Counted from the whole stretch's first letter, positions 47,013 through 59,181 are shown. The stretch is 61,349 bases of DNA, filler included, from 6 parts of 6 records of this genome joined end to end with filler, not necessarily neighbours in it; one strand, 5' to 3'. Translations and numbers: made by a program. The notes: a model not told the origin generated them from the letters alone.

Positions 47013-47768
47013 ATGTTCCGATTGACCTCCCGACTGACCGCTGCCGCGAGCGTTTCGCTGCTCGCACTGACCCTTACGGCCTGCTCGGACTCGTCGGACC
47101 AGACACCGCAGGTCAGCGACACTTCGGCCCCGGCGGTGTCAACCGAGACCGCGGCTGCGGGAGTATCGGCGGAAACCACCGCCTCCACACCGGCTGCCGT
47201 CGAGGCGCCCAAGCCCGATGGCGAAGTCGACGTGGCCAAGCTGATGGAGCCGGGCCCGCTCAAGGAAATGACGATGGGCGATGAAAACGCCCCCGTCACC
47301 ATCGTCGAATACATGTCGATGACCTGCCCGCATTGCGCTTCCTTCCATGAAGACAATTTCAAGCCGCTGGTCGAGAAATACGTCGACACCGGCAAGGTGC
47401 GGTTCGTGCTGCGCGAGTTTCCGTTCGATCCGCGCGCCGCGGCCGCCATCATGCTGGCCCGGTGCGCCCCTGAAAACCAGTTTTTCCCGATGGTCGATGT
47501 GCTGTTCAAGCAGCAACGGACCTGGGCGACAGCGCCCGATGGCCGCGAAGCACTGCTGCAAATCGCCCGTTTGGCGGGTTTTACACAGGAGTCCTTTGAA
47601 GCTTGCTTGACGAACCAGAAACTTCTGGACGATGTGAATGCTGTAAGAACCAAGGCCGGAAACGAGTTTGGCGTGCAATCCACCCCAACCTTCTTCGTCA
47701 ACGGCAAGCGGTATCCGGGGAATATGTCGATTGACATCATGTCGGCGATCATCGACCCGCTGCTCTAG
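47013..47768 (+). CDS. DsbA family thiol-disulfide oxidoreductase (lipoprotein-like)
   Basis: LTAC lipobox; EYMSMTCPHC; STPTFFVNG. Confidence 0.92.
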   Translation: MFRLTSRLTAAASVSLLALTLTACSDSSDQTPQVSDTSAPAVSTETAAAGVSAETTASTPAAVEAPKPDGEVDVAKLMEPGPLKEMTMGDENAPVTIVEYMSMTCPHCASFHEDNFKPLVEKYVDTGKVRFVLREFPFDPRAAAAIMLARCAPENQFFPMVDVLFKQQRTWATAPDGREALLQIARLAGFTQESFEACLTNQKLLDDVNAVRTKAGNEFGVQSTPTFFVNGKRYPGNMSIDIMSAIIDPLL

Positions 47769-47864
47769 GCGGGCAAGGCCCAGCACTCCCTTGCGGATTG
47801 ACCGCGAGGGATGCTTTGGCGCGCCGATGAATGCCCCTGATGCGCATGACCGGGAGGCCCGGTC

Positions 47865-50800
47865 ATGAAGTTCACCAAGCTTCGGGTCCTGGGCTTCAAG
47901 TCCTTCGTCGAACCGACCGAATTCGTCATCGAGCGCGGCCTGACCGGCGTGGTCGGGCCCAATGGCTGCGGCAAGTCCAATCTTGTCGAGGCCATGCGCT
48001 GGGTGATGGGCGAGAATTCCTACAAGAACATGCGCGCCTCGGGCATGGACGACGTGATTTTCTCCGGTTCCGGCAACCGACCGGCCCGCAACACCGCCGA
48101 GGTCGGCCTCTATCTCGACAATTCCGATCGCACCGCGCCCGCCGCCTTCAATGATTCAGATGAAATCCAGGTCACCCGCCGCATCGAGCGCGAATCCGGC
48201 TCGGTCTACCGGATCAACGGCAAGGAAGCCCGCGCCAAGGACGTGCAGCTGCTGTTTGCCGACGCCTCGACCGGCGCCCGCTCGCCCTCAATGGTCGGGC
48301 AGGGGCGTATCGGCGAACTGATCCAGGCCAAGCCGCAGGCACGCCGGCAGCTGCTCGAAGAAGCCGCCGGCATTTCCGGCCTGCATTCCCGCCGCCACGA
48401 GGCCGAGCTGAGACTGCGCGCCGCCGAGACCAATCTCGAGCGTCTCGATGACGTCACCTCCGAGCTTGAATCCCAGGTCGAAAGCCTCAAGCGCCAGGCC
48501 CGGCAGGCCAACCGCTTCAAGATCCTCTCGGCTGAAGTCAGGCAGGCGGAAGCCACGCTTCTGCATCTAAGGTGGTCGCTGGCAAAGGGCCAGGAGGGGG
48601 AGGCCGAAAGCGCGCTCGCCCAGGCCACGTCGCAGGTCGCCGAACTGGCCCAGGCGCAGATGGAGGCCGCCAAGAACCAGGCCATCGCCGCGCACAAGCT
48701 GCCGGAGTTGCGCGAGGCCGAGGCCGCCGCGGCGGCCGCCCTGCAGCGGCTGCAGATCGCCCGCACCCAGATCGACGAGGAAGCCGAACGCCTTGCCCGC
48801 CGCCGCGAGGAACTCGACCGCCGCATGGCGCAGCTCAAGGCCGACATCGAGCGCGAGGAGCGCCTGATCGCCGACAATGCCGGCATCATGCAGCGGCTCT
48901 CCGACGAGGAGGCCGAACTCAAGGCCGCGCTCGAAGGCAGCGGCGAACGCTCCGCAGCCCTCAAGGCAGCCTTCGAGGCAGCCCAGGCAAAGCTCACTGA
49001 GAGCGAAACCTCGCTCAGTGTGATCACCGCCGAGCGCGCCGAAGCCGCCGCCGAACGCACCCAGCTCGAGCGGGTCATTCGCGAGGCGGGCGAGCGCAAG
49101 GCCCGGCTGGACCGGCAGATCGCCAGCCAGGATTCCGATCTGGCCTCGATTGCCGAGCGCATTGCCGGCCTTCCCGATCCCGCCGCCAAGCGCCGGGAAA
49201 GCGAAACCGCCGAGAAGGCGCTCGTCGACGCCGAAAGGGCGCTGACCGAGATCGAGACGGCGCTGGAGGCGGCGCGCGAGGCTGAAACCGCCGCCCGCCA
49301 GCCGGTGACCGAGGCCAAGGCCCGGCTCAATGCCATCGAGACCGAGGCCAGGACCATTGCCCGCATGCTCAATGCCGGCCAGGGCTCGGACCTGTTCCCG
49401 CCGGTGGTCGAGCAGATCAAGGTCGACCGCGGCTACGAGACCGCCCTTGGCGCCGCGCTCGGTGATGATCTCGACCTGCCGCTCGATCCCGCGGCGCCTG
49501 CCCATTGGGCAAAGATGCAGCCGGCCGGTCAGGACGCGGCTTTGCCCGATGGTGTCACGCCGCTGTCGACCCATGTGCGCGCGCCTCAGGAACTCGCCCG
49601 GCGTCTGGCCCATATCGGGCTGGTTGCCGATGCCGACCATGGCAGGGCCCTGCACGCATCGCTCAGGCCCGGCCAGCGGCTGGTGACCCGCGACGGCGCC
49701 GTCTTCCGCTGGGACGGCTATGTCGCCTCCGCCGATGCGCCGACGCCGGCCGCACTCAGGCTCGAGCAGAAGAACCGCCTGGCCGAGCTCAACGAGGAAG
49801 CAGTCGAGGCCACCAGGGCGCTGCGCCAGGTCGAGGAGGCGCTCACTCAGAGCGAGGCCGCGGTCGTCGCCCGCGTCAACGAGAGCAGGAACGCGCGCGA
49901 CCTGATCCGCGACGCCAGCAAGAATGTCAGCCGCGCCCGCGATGAACTGGCCAGCGCCGAACGCGCATCGGGCGAACTCTCCAACCGCCGCGCGGTGCTG
50001 ACCGAATCCCGCGCCCAGGTCGGCGCGCAACTGGCCGAGACGGTCGAGGCGCTGGAACAGGCCCAGCTTTCGCTCAAGGCCTGTCCGGATCTGGCCGGGC
50101 TTGATGCGGCGCTCACCCGGATCAACGCCCAGGTCGCTACCGATCGCGGCGGTCTGGCCGAAGCCCGCGCCGCCCATGAGGGTCTGGAACGGGAAAACGC
50201 CGCAAGGGCGCGCAGGCTCGAGGCGATTGCTAGCGAACGGGCCAGCTGGCTCGAGCGCGCCGCGAACGCCGAGAACCATCTCGCAGCACTCGCCGCCCGG
50301 TCGAGCGAAGCCGCGGCCGAAGTCGCAGGCATTGCCGAGGCGCCGGATGAAATCGCCGCCCGCCGCCGGCAGCTGATGAACCAGCTCACCGAAGCCGAGA
50401 AGCGCCGCCAGGAAGCCGCCGACGCGCTGGCGCTTGCCGAGACCAAATCACGGGAGGCCGACAAGATCGCCACTGAGGCAATCGGCGCGCTGTCGCAGGG
50501 CCGGGAGGCGCGCGGCCGCGCCGAGGAACGGCTGATGGCCGCCCGGGAACGCCGCGAGGAAGGCGAGGCCCGCATCCGCGAGGCGCTCAATTGCGAGCCG
50601 CATCTGGCCATGCGCCAGACCGGACTGGCCGCCGACGCCCCGTTGCCCGATCCGGCGCAGGTCGAGCGCAATCTCGAACGCCTCAAGATCGAGCGCGAAC
50701 GGCTGGGTGCGGTCAACCTGCGCGCCGAGGAAGAGCAGACCGAACTCTCCGAGCGCCTCGACCTGATCATCACCGAGCGCGAGGATATCATCGACGCGAT

Positions 50801-51023
50801 CAAGAAGCTGCGCGCCGGGATCCAGAGCCTCAACAAGGAAGGCCGTGACCGTCTTCTCGTCGCCTTCGACATCGTCAACGCCCAGTTCCAGCGCCTGTTC
50901 ACCCACCTCTTCGGCGGCGGCACGGCGGAACTGCAGCTGATTGAATCCGATGACCCGCTCGAAGCCGGCCTTGAAATCCTGGCGCGCCCGCCCGGCAAGA
51001 AGCCGCAGACCATGACGCTGCTG
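47865..51023 (+). CDS. smc: Chromosome partition protein Smc (3'-truncated)
   Basis: GFKSF, GPNGCGKSN, Q-loop VGQG, long coiled coils, LGAVNL, PPGKK. Confidence 0.97.
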
Positions 51024-51123
51024 NNNNNNNNNNNNNNNNNNNNNNNNNNNNNNNNNNNNNNNNNNNNTTAATTAATTAANNNNNNNNNNNNNNNNNNNNN
51101 NNNNNNNNNNNNNNNNNNNNNNN

Positions 51124-52272
51124 GACCACTACAGCCTCTGGCGTTGGATCTGGCGCAGGGCTTGGGGGGATGATCGGGCTTGGCGCCGTGTCCGAGACCA
51201 TGGCGATCTCTTGTAGCTCCCGTTCGATGTCCTTGCCCACCGATGCCACAATCGGGGCCACCATGCCGGGCGTGACCACGCTGCCCGGGCGGGCCTGCGG
51301 CCGCAGACTGCGCGTGACTGCCGCCGACGCGACGCGGATCGACTTGGCCCGCGTTCCGGGCATCGGGTCCGACGTCTTGGCCACGACGACCGCGCCTGCC
51401 CCCTTGCCCAGATAGGGCGGAGCCTTGGGCGCGCGTAGGTTGGCCCAAGCCGGGGACTTCTTGAACCCGAGGTCCAAGAGTTCCTCGACACGCGCATTGC
51501 GCGAGGCCGTCGACCGACCGCCAAAGACCGTGGCGATAACGCGTTCTTTGCCGCGCTCCGCCGAAGCCACGAGGTTGAACCCCGCCGCGCGAGTATAACC
51601 GGTCTTGATCCCGTCCGCGCCTTTGTAGGAGTTAAGCAGCCGCGTATTGGTGTGCGACACCTGCCGCACCCCCGCATCCGCCGTCTTGCGTGAGAACAGA
51701 TTATAGTACTGCGGATAGTCATAGATCACATGCCGACCAAGGATCGTCATGTCGCGCGCCGTGGACAAATGCCCGCTTTCGGTCAGACCATGCGCGTTCT
51801 TGAAGGTGGTGCGGGTCATGCCCATGGCCTGTGCCGTGCGGTTCATCCGGCGGGCAAAGGCTGCTTCGGACCCTTCGATGGCTTCGGCCATGGCGGTAGC
51901 GGCGTCATTGGCGGATTTCACCGCCGCCGCCCGAACAAGATAACGCAACTTGATCTTCTGCCCCGCCCGCAGCCCCAGTTTCGACGGCTCTTCGGCGGCA
52001 GCCTTGCGCGAGACGGTGACCAACGTGTCCATGGTGATTTCACCGTTCTGCACCGCCTCGAAGACGACATAGAGCGTCATCATCTTGGTCAGTGAGGCCG
52101 GATGCAGCCGGGTGTCGGCGTTCTGTGCATGCAGAACCTTACCGTTGCGCGCGTCCATCACCATGGCCGCATAGGGTGCGGCGGCCACGCTGAGGGGCAC
52201 GAGTACCAACAGCCAAACAAACATGAAGATGAGCGGGCCAAATTGGCCCGGAGTCCTGCGACGTCCCGTCAC
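51124..52272 (-). CDS. D-Ala-D-Ala carboxypeptidase (S11), 3'-truncated
   Basis: PASLTK, KSAND, NAHGL, GIKTGY. Confidence 0.93.
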
Positions 52273-52541
52273 GATTCACTGCCTTTCTGCCTCGTCCCCC
52301 CGATTTTTCGGTTGGGGTTCTTTTCTATGTCCCGATGCGACTCTGCCAGCACCGTGGTTAAGATCATGCTAACATGAGAACGACTTCAAGAGAAGTCGGC
52401 AATATACTGATTTTGAATGGTTTTATCGCAGGCATGTGTCTACATGTTGCGATCCCGCTTGATCCGCCCCCTAGACCGTCCAATGCGGCGGGATTGTGGC
52501 GAATTAAGGCAGGAATGTGGCGACTCGGGCGCGCCGCGGGG

Positions 52542-53240
52542 TCAGCCGATTTCGGCCACAAGGTCAGGCAGGTCACCCAGGTCCACAACGGTGCGAAAGC
52601 GCGGCGTTTCAGGGGCGTCGGCGTGCTCCAGCGCCCAGGCCAGATCATGCGGCACATGTACGCCCCATGCGCCCGCCGCGATGGCCGGAACCACATCCGA
52701 TTTCATCGAATTGCCGACCATCATCGCCGCACTCGCGCCGCCGGGCGAGGCAGCAAAGATGCGCGCATAGGTGTCCGGCTGCTTGTCCGACACGATCTCG
52801 ACCGCGTCGAACAGCTCGCCCAGCCCCGATTGCGCCAGTTTGCGTTCCTGATGCAGCAGGTCGCCCTTGGTGATCAAAACCACACGATGCGTGCCCGCCA
52901 CCGTCTCGACCGCCTCACGGGCATGGGGCAGCAATTCGATCGGATGGGCCAGCATCTCGCGCCCTGCCTCCATCAACTCAGAGATGACAGAGGCCGGCAC
53001 GCGCCCCTCTGTCACCTCAATGGCCGTCTCGATCATCGACAGAACAAAGCCTTTTACGCCGAATCCATAGTGGCCAATGTTGCGCCGCTCCGATTCGATC
53101 AGCCGGTCGGCCAGATGATCGCGTTCTGCGTAGTCCCGCAGCAGATCTGCGAAACGGTCCTGAGTCAGCACGAAAAAGCGTTCGTTGTGCCACAGGGTAT
53201 CGTCGGCATCGAATCCGATTGTTTGCAGTTTTCCCGCCAT
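52542..53240 (-). CDS. HAD family hydrolase
   Basis: [21 protein letters not shown]. Confidence 0.92.
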   Translation of the reverse strand: MAGKLQTIGFDADDTLWHNERFFVLTQDRFADLLRDYAERDHLADRLIESERRNIGHYGFGVKGFVLSMIETAIEVTEGRVPASVISELMEAGREMLAHPIELLPHAREAVETVAGTHRVVLITKGDLLHQERKLAQSGLGELFDAVEIVSDKQPDTYARIFAASPGGASAAMMVGNSMKSDVVPAIAAGAWGVHVPHDLAWALEHADAPETPRFRTVVDLGDLPDLVAEIG

Positions 53241-53362
53241 CCTGTATTCAGCCCCAACGGCCCCCTTTTCGGCAACACGCCTTAGCCTATATAAAGGGAC
53301 CGTACCTGGAAACCCAATGCGCGAACGGTTCGATGACAGACGCCCACATGAAACGGACGTTC

Positions 53363-53689
53363 ATGATGACGGACACCCCGCCCGATGACGGCGAGGGCGA
53401 TGTCGGCGTGGCTGTCCAGACCAAGCCCAAGACCAAACGCCCGCCGCTGTACAAGGTGCTGCTGCTGAATGACGACTACACGCCGATGGAATTTGTCGTT
53501 CATGTGCTGGAACGCTTTTTTGGCATGACCCACGCGCAAGCGTTTGAGGTCATGTTGACCGTGCACAAGAAGGGCGTCGCCGTGGTCGGTGTCTTCAGCC
53601 ATGAAATTGCAGAGACCAAGGTGGGACAGGTGATGGATTTCGCCCGCCGTCACCAGCACCCTCTGCAATGCACGATGGAGAAGGAATAG
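53363..53689 (+). CDS. clpS: Clp protease adaptor ClpS
   Basis: [27 protein letters not shown]. Confidence 0.97.
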   Translation: MMTDTPPDDGEGDVGVAVQTKPKTKRPPLYKVLLLNDDYTPMEFVVHVLERFFGMTHAQAFEVMLTVHKKGVAVVGVFSHEIAETKVGQVMDFARRHQHPLQCTMEKE

Positions 53690-53710
53690 GCGCCCGCGCC
53701 GTTCCGCCCC

Positions 53711-54700
53711 ATGTCAGCAGATCGCCTCTCCTACGCCCTTGCCACCGGCGGCCTTGTTCTGCCGGACAGCGGGACCATTGCCCTGTTCGGCGCGCCGGGG
53801 GATGCCGTCCTTGATGCGCTTGATCCGTCGCGCGTCGAGGTGGTCCAAGGGTTTTTCCCCGATCATGCCGCGTGGTTGCGTCGCGGCGTAGCCACCCGGA
53901 CCGACCCTGTTGGCCCTTACGCCGCCGCCATCGTGACCTTGCCCCGCGCCCGCAATCTGGCCGAACTCCGCATCGCCGAGGCCTGCGCACTGACGCCGGA
54001 CGGGCTGGTCGTTGTCGATGGGGCCAAGACGGACGGGATCGAATCCATCGCCAAGGCCCTGCGCGCCCGCCTGCCCGTTCTGGGGCAAGTGTCCAAGGCG
54101 CATGGCAAATGCCTGTGGTTTCAGGGCGGTGCCGATCTATCCGACTGGCGCCACGCCCCTGCGCACCTGCCCTCGGGCGATCTGACTGCACCGGGCGTCT
54201 TTTCCGCAGACGGGCCGGACCCCGCCTCACAGGCGCTGGCCGCTGCGTTGCCCGACACCCTCAAGGGCCGCTTTGCCGATCTGGGCGCGGGCTGGGGCTG
54301 GCTGTCAAAACAGGCGCTGACCCGTCCCGGCCTCACTGAACTGCATCTGGTCGAAGCGGACAAGTCTGCGCTGGACTGCGCCCGCGTGAATGTCACCGAC
54401 CCGCGCGCCGCGTTTCACTGGGCCGATGCCACTGAATGGACGCCACCCACCGCGCTGGACGGCGTCATCATGAACCCGCCCTTTCATCAGGGCCGCAAGG
54501 CCGACCCGCAGATCGGTCGCGCCTTTGTCACCGCCGCCGCGCGGATGCTGGCCCCGCATGGGCGGCTCTGGCTTGTGGCCAATCGCCACCTGCCTTATGA
54601 GACCGCCCTCGCAGAGGCGTTCCGCGAAACCACTGAGATCGGCGGCGACACCCGTTTCAAGATCCTTCACGCCGTCAGACCCACGCGACAGCGGCGCTGA
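53711..54700 (+). CDS. RsmC-like (MTS) methyltransferase
   Basis: PGVFSADGPD, DLGAGWG, MNPPFH, VANRHLPY. Confidence 0.88.
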   Translation: MSADRLSYALATGGLVLPDSGTIALFGAPGDAVLDALDPSRVEVVQGFFPDHAAWLRRGVATRTDPVGPYAAAIVTLPRARNLAELRIAEACALTPDGLVVVDGAKTDGIESIAKALRARLPVLGQVSKAHGKCLWFQGGADLSDWRHAPAHLPSGDLTAPGVFSADGPDPASQALAAALPDTLKGRFADLGAGWGWLSKQALTRPGLTELHLVEADKSALDCARVNVTDPRAAFHWADATEWTPPTALDGVIMNPPFHQGRKADPQIGRAFVTAAARMLAPHGRLWLVANRHLPYETALAEAFRETTEIGGDTRFKILHAVRPTRQRR

Positions 54701-54739
54701 ACCCGGCTACCGCGGCCGGACAACCCCAACGAGGCCCAC

Positions 54740-55540
54740 ATGAGTTTTTCCATCCAAGGCAAGACCGCGATTGTCACCGGTGCCGCCAATGGCGTCGGAC
54801 TGGCCATCGCCCGGCACTTTGCCAACAAGGGTGCAAACGTGATGCTGGCCGACATGGACGAGCCGCAGTTGATTAAGGAATGTGGCGACACCTCGGACGA
54901 CAGCACACTCCGCTATTTCGCTGGTGACCTGCGCGAGCGGCTGACCATGGCCAACCTGCTCTCCGCCACGCTGGACGCCTTTGACCGGGTCGACATTCTG
55001 ATCAACGGATCGCGGCAATTGCTGACCTCTGACCCGCTGGATCTTGAGGACGACACCGTCGAACAACTGCTGACACAGAACCTGACGACGTCGTATCGCA
55101 TGACCCAACTGGTGGCGAAGCGCATGATCAAGCAGGCCGAAGGACAGGATGAGGGGCAGGTCGGTGCCATCGTCAACCTGTCATCCATCGCCGCGCGGCG
55201 CACCCATCCGGAACTGCTGGGCTATTCCGTGTCCTGCGCCGCACTGGACCAGATGACCCGCTCGATGGCCGTCGCACTTGCGTCACGTCGCATCCGCGTC
55301 AACGCCGTTGCCTTTGGCTCTGTCATGTCGTCCAGCCTCAAGGACACGCTGCGCGAGCACAAAAGTTACCGCGCTGACATCGAAGAGCACACGCCGCTGG
55401 GCCGCATCGCCGCCCCTCGCGAACTGGCCGATGCGGTCCAGTTCCTGTCTTGTGAAGGCGCAGGCTTTATCACCGGACAGATCATGACCGTCGATGGCGG
55501 GCGCACCCTGCTGGACCCGGTGGCCGCCCCCGCCCACTAA
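54740..55540 (+). CDS. SDR family oxidoreductase
   Basis: TGAANGVG, IVNLSS, IRVNAV, TPLGR, ITGQ...VDGG. Confidence 0.9.
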   Translation: MSFSIQGKTAIVTGAANGVGLAIARHFANKGANVMLADMDEPQLIKECGDTSDDSTLRYFAGDLRERLTMANLLSATLDAFDRVDILINGSRQLLTSDPLDLEDDTVEQLLTQNLTTSYRMTQLVAKRMIKQAEGQDEGQVGAIVNLSSIAARRTHPELLGYSVSCAALDQMTRSMAVALASRRIRVNAVAFGSVMSSSLKDTLREHKSYRADIEEHTPLGRIAAPRELADAVQFLSCEGAGFITGQIMTVDGGRTLLDPVAAPAH

Positions 55541-55579
55541 CGCCCCCTCACATGACATCGCGAAACCGGAGGACACCGC

Positions 55580-56461
55580 ATGATGGACGCCGAAAAGACC
55601 CGTGCAAGCGACTGGTTCCGTCAGTTGCGCGACGACATCGTCGCCGCCTTTGAGGCGCTAGAGGACAGCCACGCCACCGGCCCCTTTGCCGACGGGACAC
55701 CGGGCCGCTTCGACGTCACCGAAACCAAACGCGCCTCGGACGATGGCTCCGACGCGGGCGGCGGCTTGATGAGCGTCATGCGCGGCGGCCGCGTGTTCGA
55801 AAAGGTCGGCGTGAACGTCTCCACCGTTTACGGCACGCTGGGCGAGGCCGCGCAAAAGGCGATGGCCGCGCGCGGCGTTCCGGGGATCGAGGCGGATCCG
55901 CGCTTCTGGGCCTCGGGCATCAGCCTTGTGGCACATATGCAGAACCCGCACGCCCCTGCCGTCCATATGAACACTCGCATGTTCTGGACCCCCGGCGCAT
56001 GGTGGTTCGGCGGCGGATCAGACCTGAACCCCTGCATTGAATACGGTGACGACACCGCGCATTTCCACGCCACCCAAAAGGCGCATCTGGACCCGCATGG
56101 GGACGCCCTCTACCCGGAATTAAAGGCTTGGGCCGATGAGTATTTCTACATCCCCCACCGCCACCGGGCGCGCGGCGTCGGCGGCATCTTTATGGATGAC
56201 CGCAACACAGGCGACTGGGAGGCGGATTTCGTCCTGACCCAAGACATCGGCCGCGCCTTTCTGCCCGCCTATCTGCCCTTGGTGGAAAAACGCCGCGTGC
56301 AAGAGTTCACGGAGGCGGACAAGGACACGCAACTGGTCCATCGCGGCCTTTATGCGGAATACAACCTTGTCTACGACCGGGGCACCAAGTTCGGTCTGGC
56401 GACAGGTCACGACGCAAACGCCGTGCTGATGAGCCTGCCGCCGCTGGCCAAGTGGGTCTGA
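55580..56461 (+). CDS. hemF: Oxygen-dependent coproporphyrinogen III oxidase
   Basis: FEKVGVN, HMNTR, WFGGGSDL, RGVGGIF, YNLVYDRGTKFGL, MSLPP. Confidence 0.97.
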   Translation: MMDAEKTRASDWFRQLRDDIVAAFEALEDSHATGPFADGTPGRFDVTETKRASDDGSDAGGGLMSVMRGGRVFEKVGVNVSTVYGTLGEAAQKAMAARGVPGIEADPRFWASGISLVAHMQNPHAPAVHMNTRMFWTPGAWWFGGGSDLNPCIEYGDDTAHFHATQKAHLDPHGDALYPELKAWADEYFYIPHRHRARGVGGIFMDDRNTGDWEADFVLTQDIGRAFLPAYLPLVEKRRVQEFTEADKDTQLVHRGLYAEYNLVYDRGTKFGLATGHDANAVLMSLPPLAKWV

Positions 56462-56467
56462 CCGGCG

Positions 56468-57028
56468 CTACCAGTACATCACCGCCACCCGCCCGCTGCC
56501 GAAATGGGACATCATGCGCACCCGCAGGATGTACTCCTCCCCTTGCAACAGGCGGATGGCGATTTCCGCGTTGTCTTCGGTGCCCGCGTCGTCTGATCCG
56601 GCCATGAAACGCGTCACCTCGCCGTCCTTGCGGAACAGCACCATCAGCATGTCGGCCCGGCCAAAGGACCGGATGGTGTAATCCCGCGTGGCCGTCGGTT
56701 GCAGCAGAAAGTTCACCTGATCGGCGGGCATCATGTCCAGAACCGCCGATTTGAAAGGCTCCAGCAGCGCGGTCTTTTCCGCCTGCGCCTTGGGATAGAA
56801 CTTCTGCACTTCGGCCTTGTCTGTGTCGCTCAGGCCCAGTTCGGGCCGCAACCCGGTACGGTATTCATCCGGCTCAAGGATCAACCCCGGACCAAATCCA
56901 TAGTGCATGACGGAATCCGGGTCCCATTCCGACCCTTCCACATCGGCAGAGGTCAGCTTGCGCAGCACGTTGTGAAAGGTCTGCTCCCGGCTCCAGTTGT
57001 TCGGCGGACCGGCGAAATAGGCATAAAC
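56468..57028 (-). CDS. Astacin-like (M12A) metallopeptidase, C-terminal part with PPC-like beta domain
   Basis: Frame extends to the contig end (VYAYFAGPPNNWSRE...); Met-turn DPDSVMHY followed by LSDTDK. Confidence 0.75.
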   Translation of the reverse strand, partial: VYAYFAGPPNNWSREQTFHNVLRKLTSADVEGSEWDPDSVMHYGFGPGLILEPDEYRTGLRPELGLSDTDKAEVQKFYPKAQAEKTALLEPFKSAVLDMMPADQVNFLLQPTATRDYTIRSFGRADMLMVLFRKDGEVTRFMAGSDDAGTEDNAEIAIRLLQGEEYILRVRMMSHFGSGRVAVMYW

Positions 57029-57128
57029 NNNNNNNNNNNNNNNNNNNNNNNNNNNNNNNNNNNNNNNNNNNNTTAATTAATTAANNNNNNNNNNNNNNNN
57101 NNNNNNNNNNNNNNNNNNNNNNNNNNNN

Positions 57129-57211
57129 CGTTCGATATGCGCCTCGCCCGTGTTGCGGAATTCGAGCTCGGGCCTTTCTTCCTGGCAGTAGGGACAATGG
57201 ATCAGAAGCAT
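57129..57211 (-). CDS. soxD: Sarcosine oxidase delta subunit, N-terminus
   Basis: Manual translation MLLIHCPYCQEERPELEFRNTGEAHIE. Confidence 0.9.
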
Positions 57212-57225
57212 CGCTTGGTCCTTGG

Positions 57226-57582
57226 TCAGATCTTGGTTTTGATCACGGCGGTTTCAGGGTCGCCGGTGTTGGGTGTGCCGGCAGGTTCTATGATGACGAG
57301 ATGGGTCTCCTCGTCGGCGCGCGGGCAATGCTCGACACCTTTCGGCACCACATACATCTCGCCCGGTTCCAGCTTGACATCGCCATCCCGCATCTGGATG
57401 GTCAGTCGCCCCGACAGCACCAGGAAGAAATCGTCGGTGTCGGGATGCGAGTGCCAGTTGAACTCGCCATTCACCTTGACCACCATCACGTCATGGCCAT
57501 TGAACCCGGCGACGATCTTCGGTGACCACAGGTCGCTGAACGTCGACAGCTTCTCGGCCAGATTGACGGGTTTCTCGCTCAT
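57226..57582 (-). CDS. Cupin domain protein
   Basis: WHSHPDTDDFFLV, VPKGVEHCP. Confidence 0.9.
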   Translation of the reverse strand: MSEKPVNLAEKLSTFSDLWSPKIVAGFNGHDVMVVKVNGEFNWHSHPDTDDFFLVLSGRLTIQMRDGDVKLEPGEMYVVPKGVEHCPRADEETHLVIIEPAGTPNTGDPETAVIKTKI

Positions 57583-57592
57583 CGCCCGTGCC

Positions 57593-58846
57593 TCAATGCG
57601 CCACGGCCGCGGCCGCCGCTTCGTCGATCAGGCGCCCGGTCCGGAAACGCTCCAGATTGAACGGGGCATTGATCTTGTGCGGCTCGTCGCGCGCGATCGT
57701 ATGCGCAAAGACATTGGCAGAGCCCGGGGTCGCCTTGAAGCCGCCGGTGCCCCAGCCGCAATTCACGTAAAGCCCCTTGACCGGAGTTTTCGACAGGATG
57801 GGAGACCGATCCGGCGTCACATCGACAATACCGCCCCAGGAGCGCAGCATTTTCATTCGGGTGAACATCGGGAACATTTCACAGATGGCATCGAGCGTGT
57901 GGCTGAGAATGTGAAGCCCGCCGGTCTGCGAATAGGATGTGTACTGGTCGGTCCCCGCCCCGATCACCAGTTCGCCCTTGTCCGACTGGGAGATATAGGC
58001 GTGCACCGTGTTGGACATGACCACGCAAGGGAAAACCGGCTTGACCGGCTCGGACACCAGCGCCTGCAGCGGGTAGCTCTCGAGCGGCATGCGTACGCCC
58101 GCCATTTCCATGATCACCGACGTGTGGCCCGCGGCAACGACACCAACCTTTTTCGCGCCAATGAAACCGCGGCTGGTATCGACGCCGGAGACAGACCCGT
58201 CCGCTGCCCGGCGCACGCCGGTGACTTCGCAGTTCTGGATGATGTGAACGCCCATGTCGGCCGCAGCCCGCGCATAGCCCCAGGCCACGGCATCGTGGCG
58301 GGCGGTGCCGCCCCGCCGCTGCAACGCCGCGCCGACCACCGGATAGCGTGCTGACTGGTTGATATTGAGTGGCGGGCAATATTCCTTGGCCTCTTCCGGC
58401 GTCAGCCATTCATTGTCGATGCCATTGAGCCGGTTGGCGTGGATATGCCGCTTGAACACCTGCGTGTCGTGAACATTGTGCGCCAGCATCATCACGCCGC
58501 GCGCCGAATACATCACGTTGTAATTGAGGTCCTGCGACAGCCCGTCCCAGAGCTTGAGCGCATGGTCATAAAGCCCGGCGCTCTCGTCATAGAGATAATT
58601 GGAACGGATGATGGTGGTGTTGCGTCCGGTGTTTCCGCCGCCAAGCCAGCCCTTTTCGATCACGGCGATGTTGGTGATGCCGTGTTCCTTGGCCAGATAA
58701 TAGGCAGTCCCCAGTCCATGTCCCCCGGCGCCGACGATGATCACGTCATAGTCTTTTCTCGGCTCGGGCGAGGTCCATTGCGCAGGCCAGCCCTTGTGGC
58801 CACGCATTGCCTCGCGGGCAACGGCAAAAGCGGAATACTTGCGCAT
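57593..58846 (-). CDS. soxB: Sarcosine oxidase beta subunit
   Basis: [49 protein letters not shown] end. Confidence 0.96.
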   Translation of the reverse strand: MRKYSAFAVAREAMRGHKGWPAQWTSPEPRKDYDVIIVGAGGHGLGTAYYLAKEHGITNIAVIEKGWLGGGNTGRNTTIIRSNYLYDESAGLYDHALKLWDGLSQDLNYNVMYSARGVMMLAHNVHDTQVFKRHIHANRLNGIDNEWLTPEEAKEYCPPLNINQSARYPVVGAALQRRGGTARHDAVAWGYARAAADMGVHIIQNCEVTGVRRAADGSVSGVDTSRGFIGAKKVGVVAAGHTSVIMEMAGVRMPLESYPLQALVSEPVKPVFPCVVMSNTVHAYISQSDKGELVIGAGTDQYTSYSQTGGLHILSHTLDAICEMFPMFTRMKMLRSWGGIVDVTPDRSPILSKTPVKGLYVNCGWGTGGFKATPGSANVFAHTIARDEPHKINAPFNLERFRTGRLIDEAAAAAVAH

Positions 58847-59181
58847 AGCTGTCTGGCTCCAAACGGGTTCGATATGCTTCATCCCAGCAAGAGCAAATTC
58901 AACTGCTCCGCATCGGCTCTTTTGCGACTTCCGGATGGCCCTCGATGTCGCAGTGCGTTTTGTCGCACTTGGATACGCGGACCCGGCCCCGGAAACCGGA
59001 ATGATCTTCAAGGTGAGGAAAAATACGCCGGCACCTGCATTGTCAAGTTGCCGGGGACTGGACTTGAGCCTTCGAAACTGTTATCTGCCACCTCAATCGT
59101 AACGCCCTCGGCCGAACGAACGTAATTTTTGTTTGCCAGGGTTGCTTCAGCCAACCGAAAACTCGAAGGAACGGGATCAAC

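Noticed and set aside
48206-51013. Long minus-strand ORFs (404, 570, 388 aa)
   Set aside because: Antisense shadows of GC-rich smc with biased composition
53363-53689. Link between clpS and the phage degron observation
   Set aside because: Different contig and organism; ClpS serves the N-end rule/ClpAP pathway, not ssrA/ClpXP
57137-58354. 405-aa plus-strand ORF
   Set aside because: Antisense to soxD, the cupin gene and soxB
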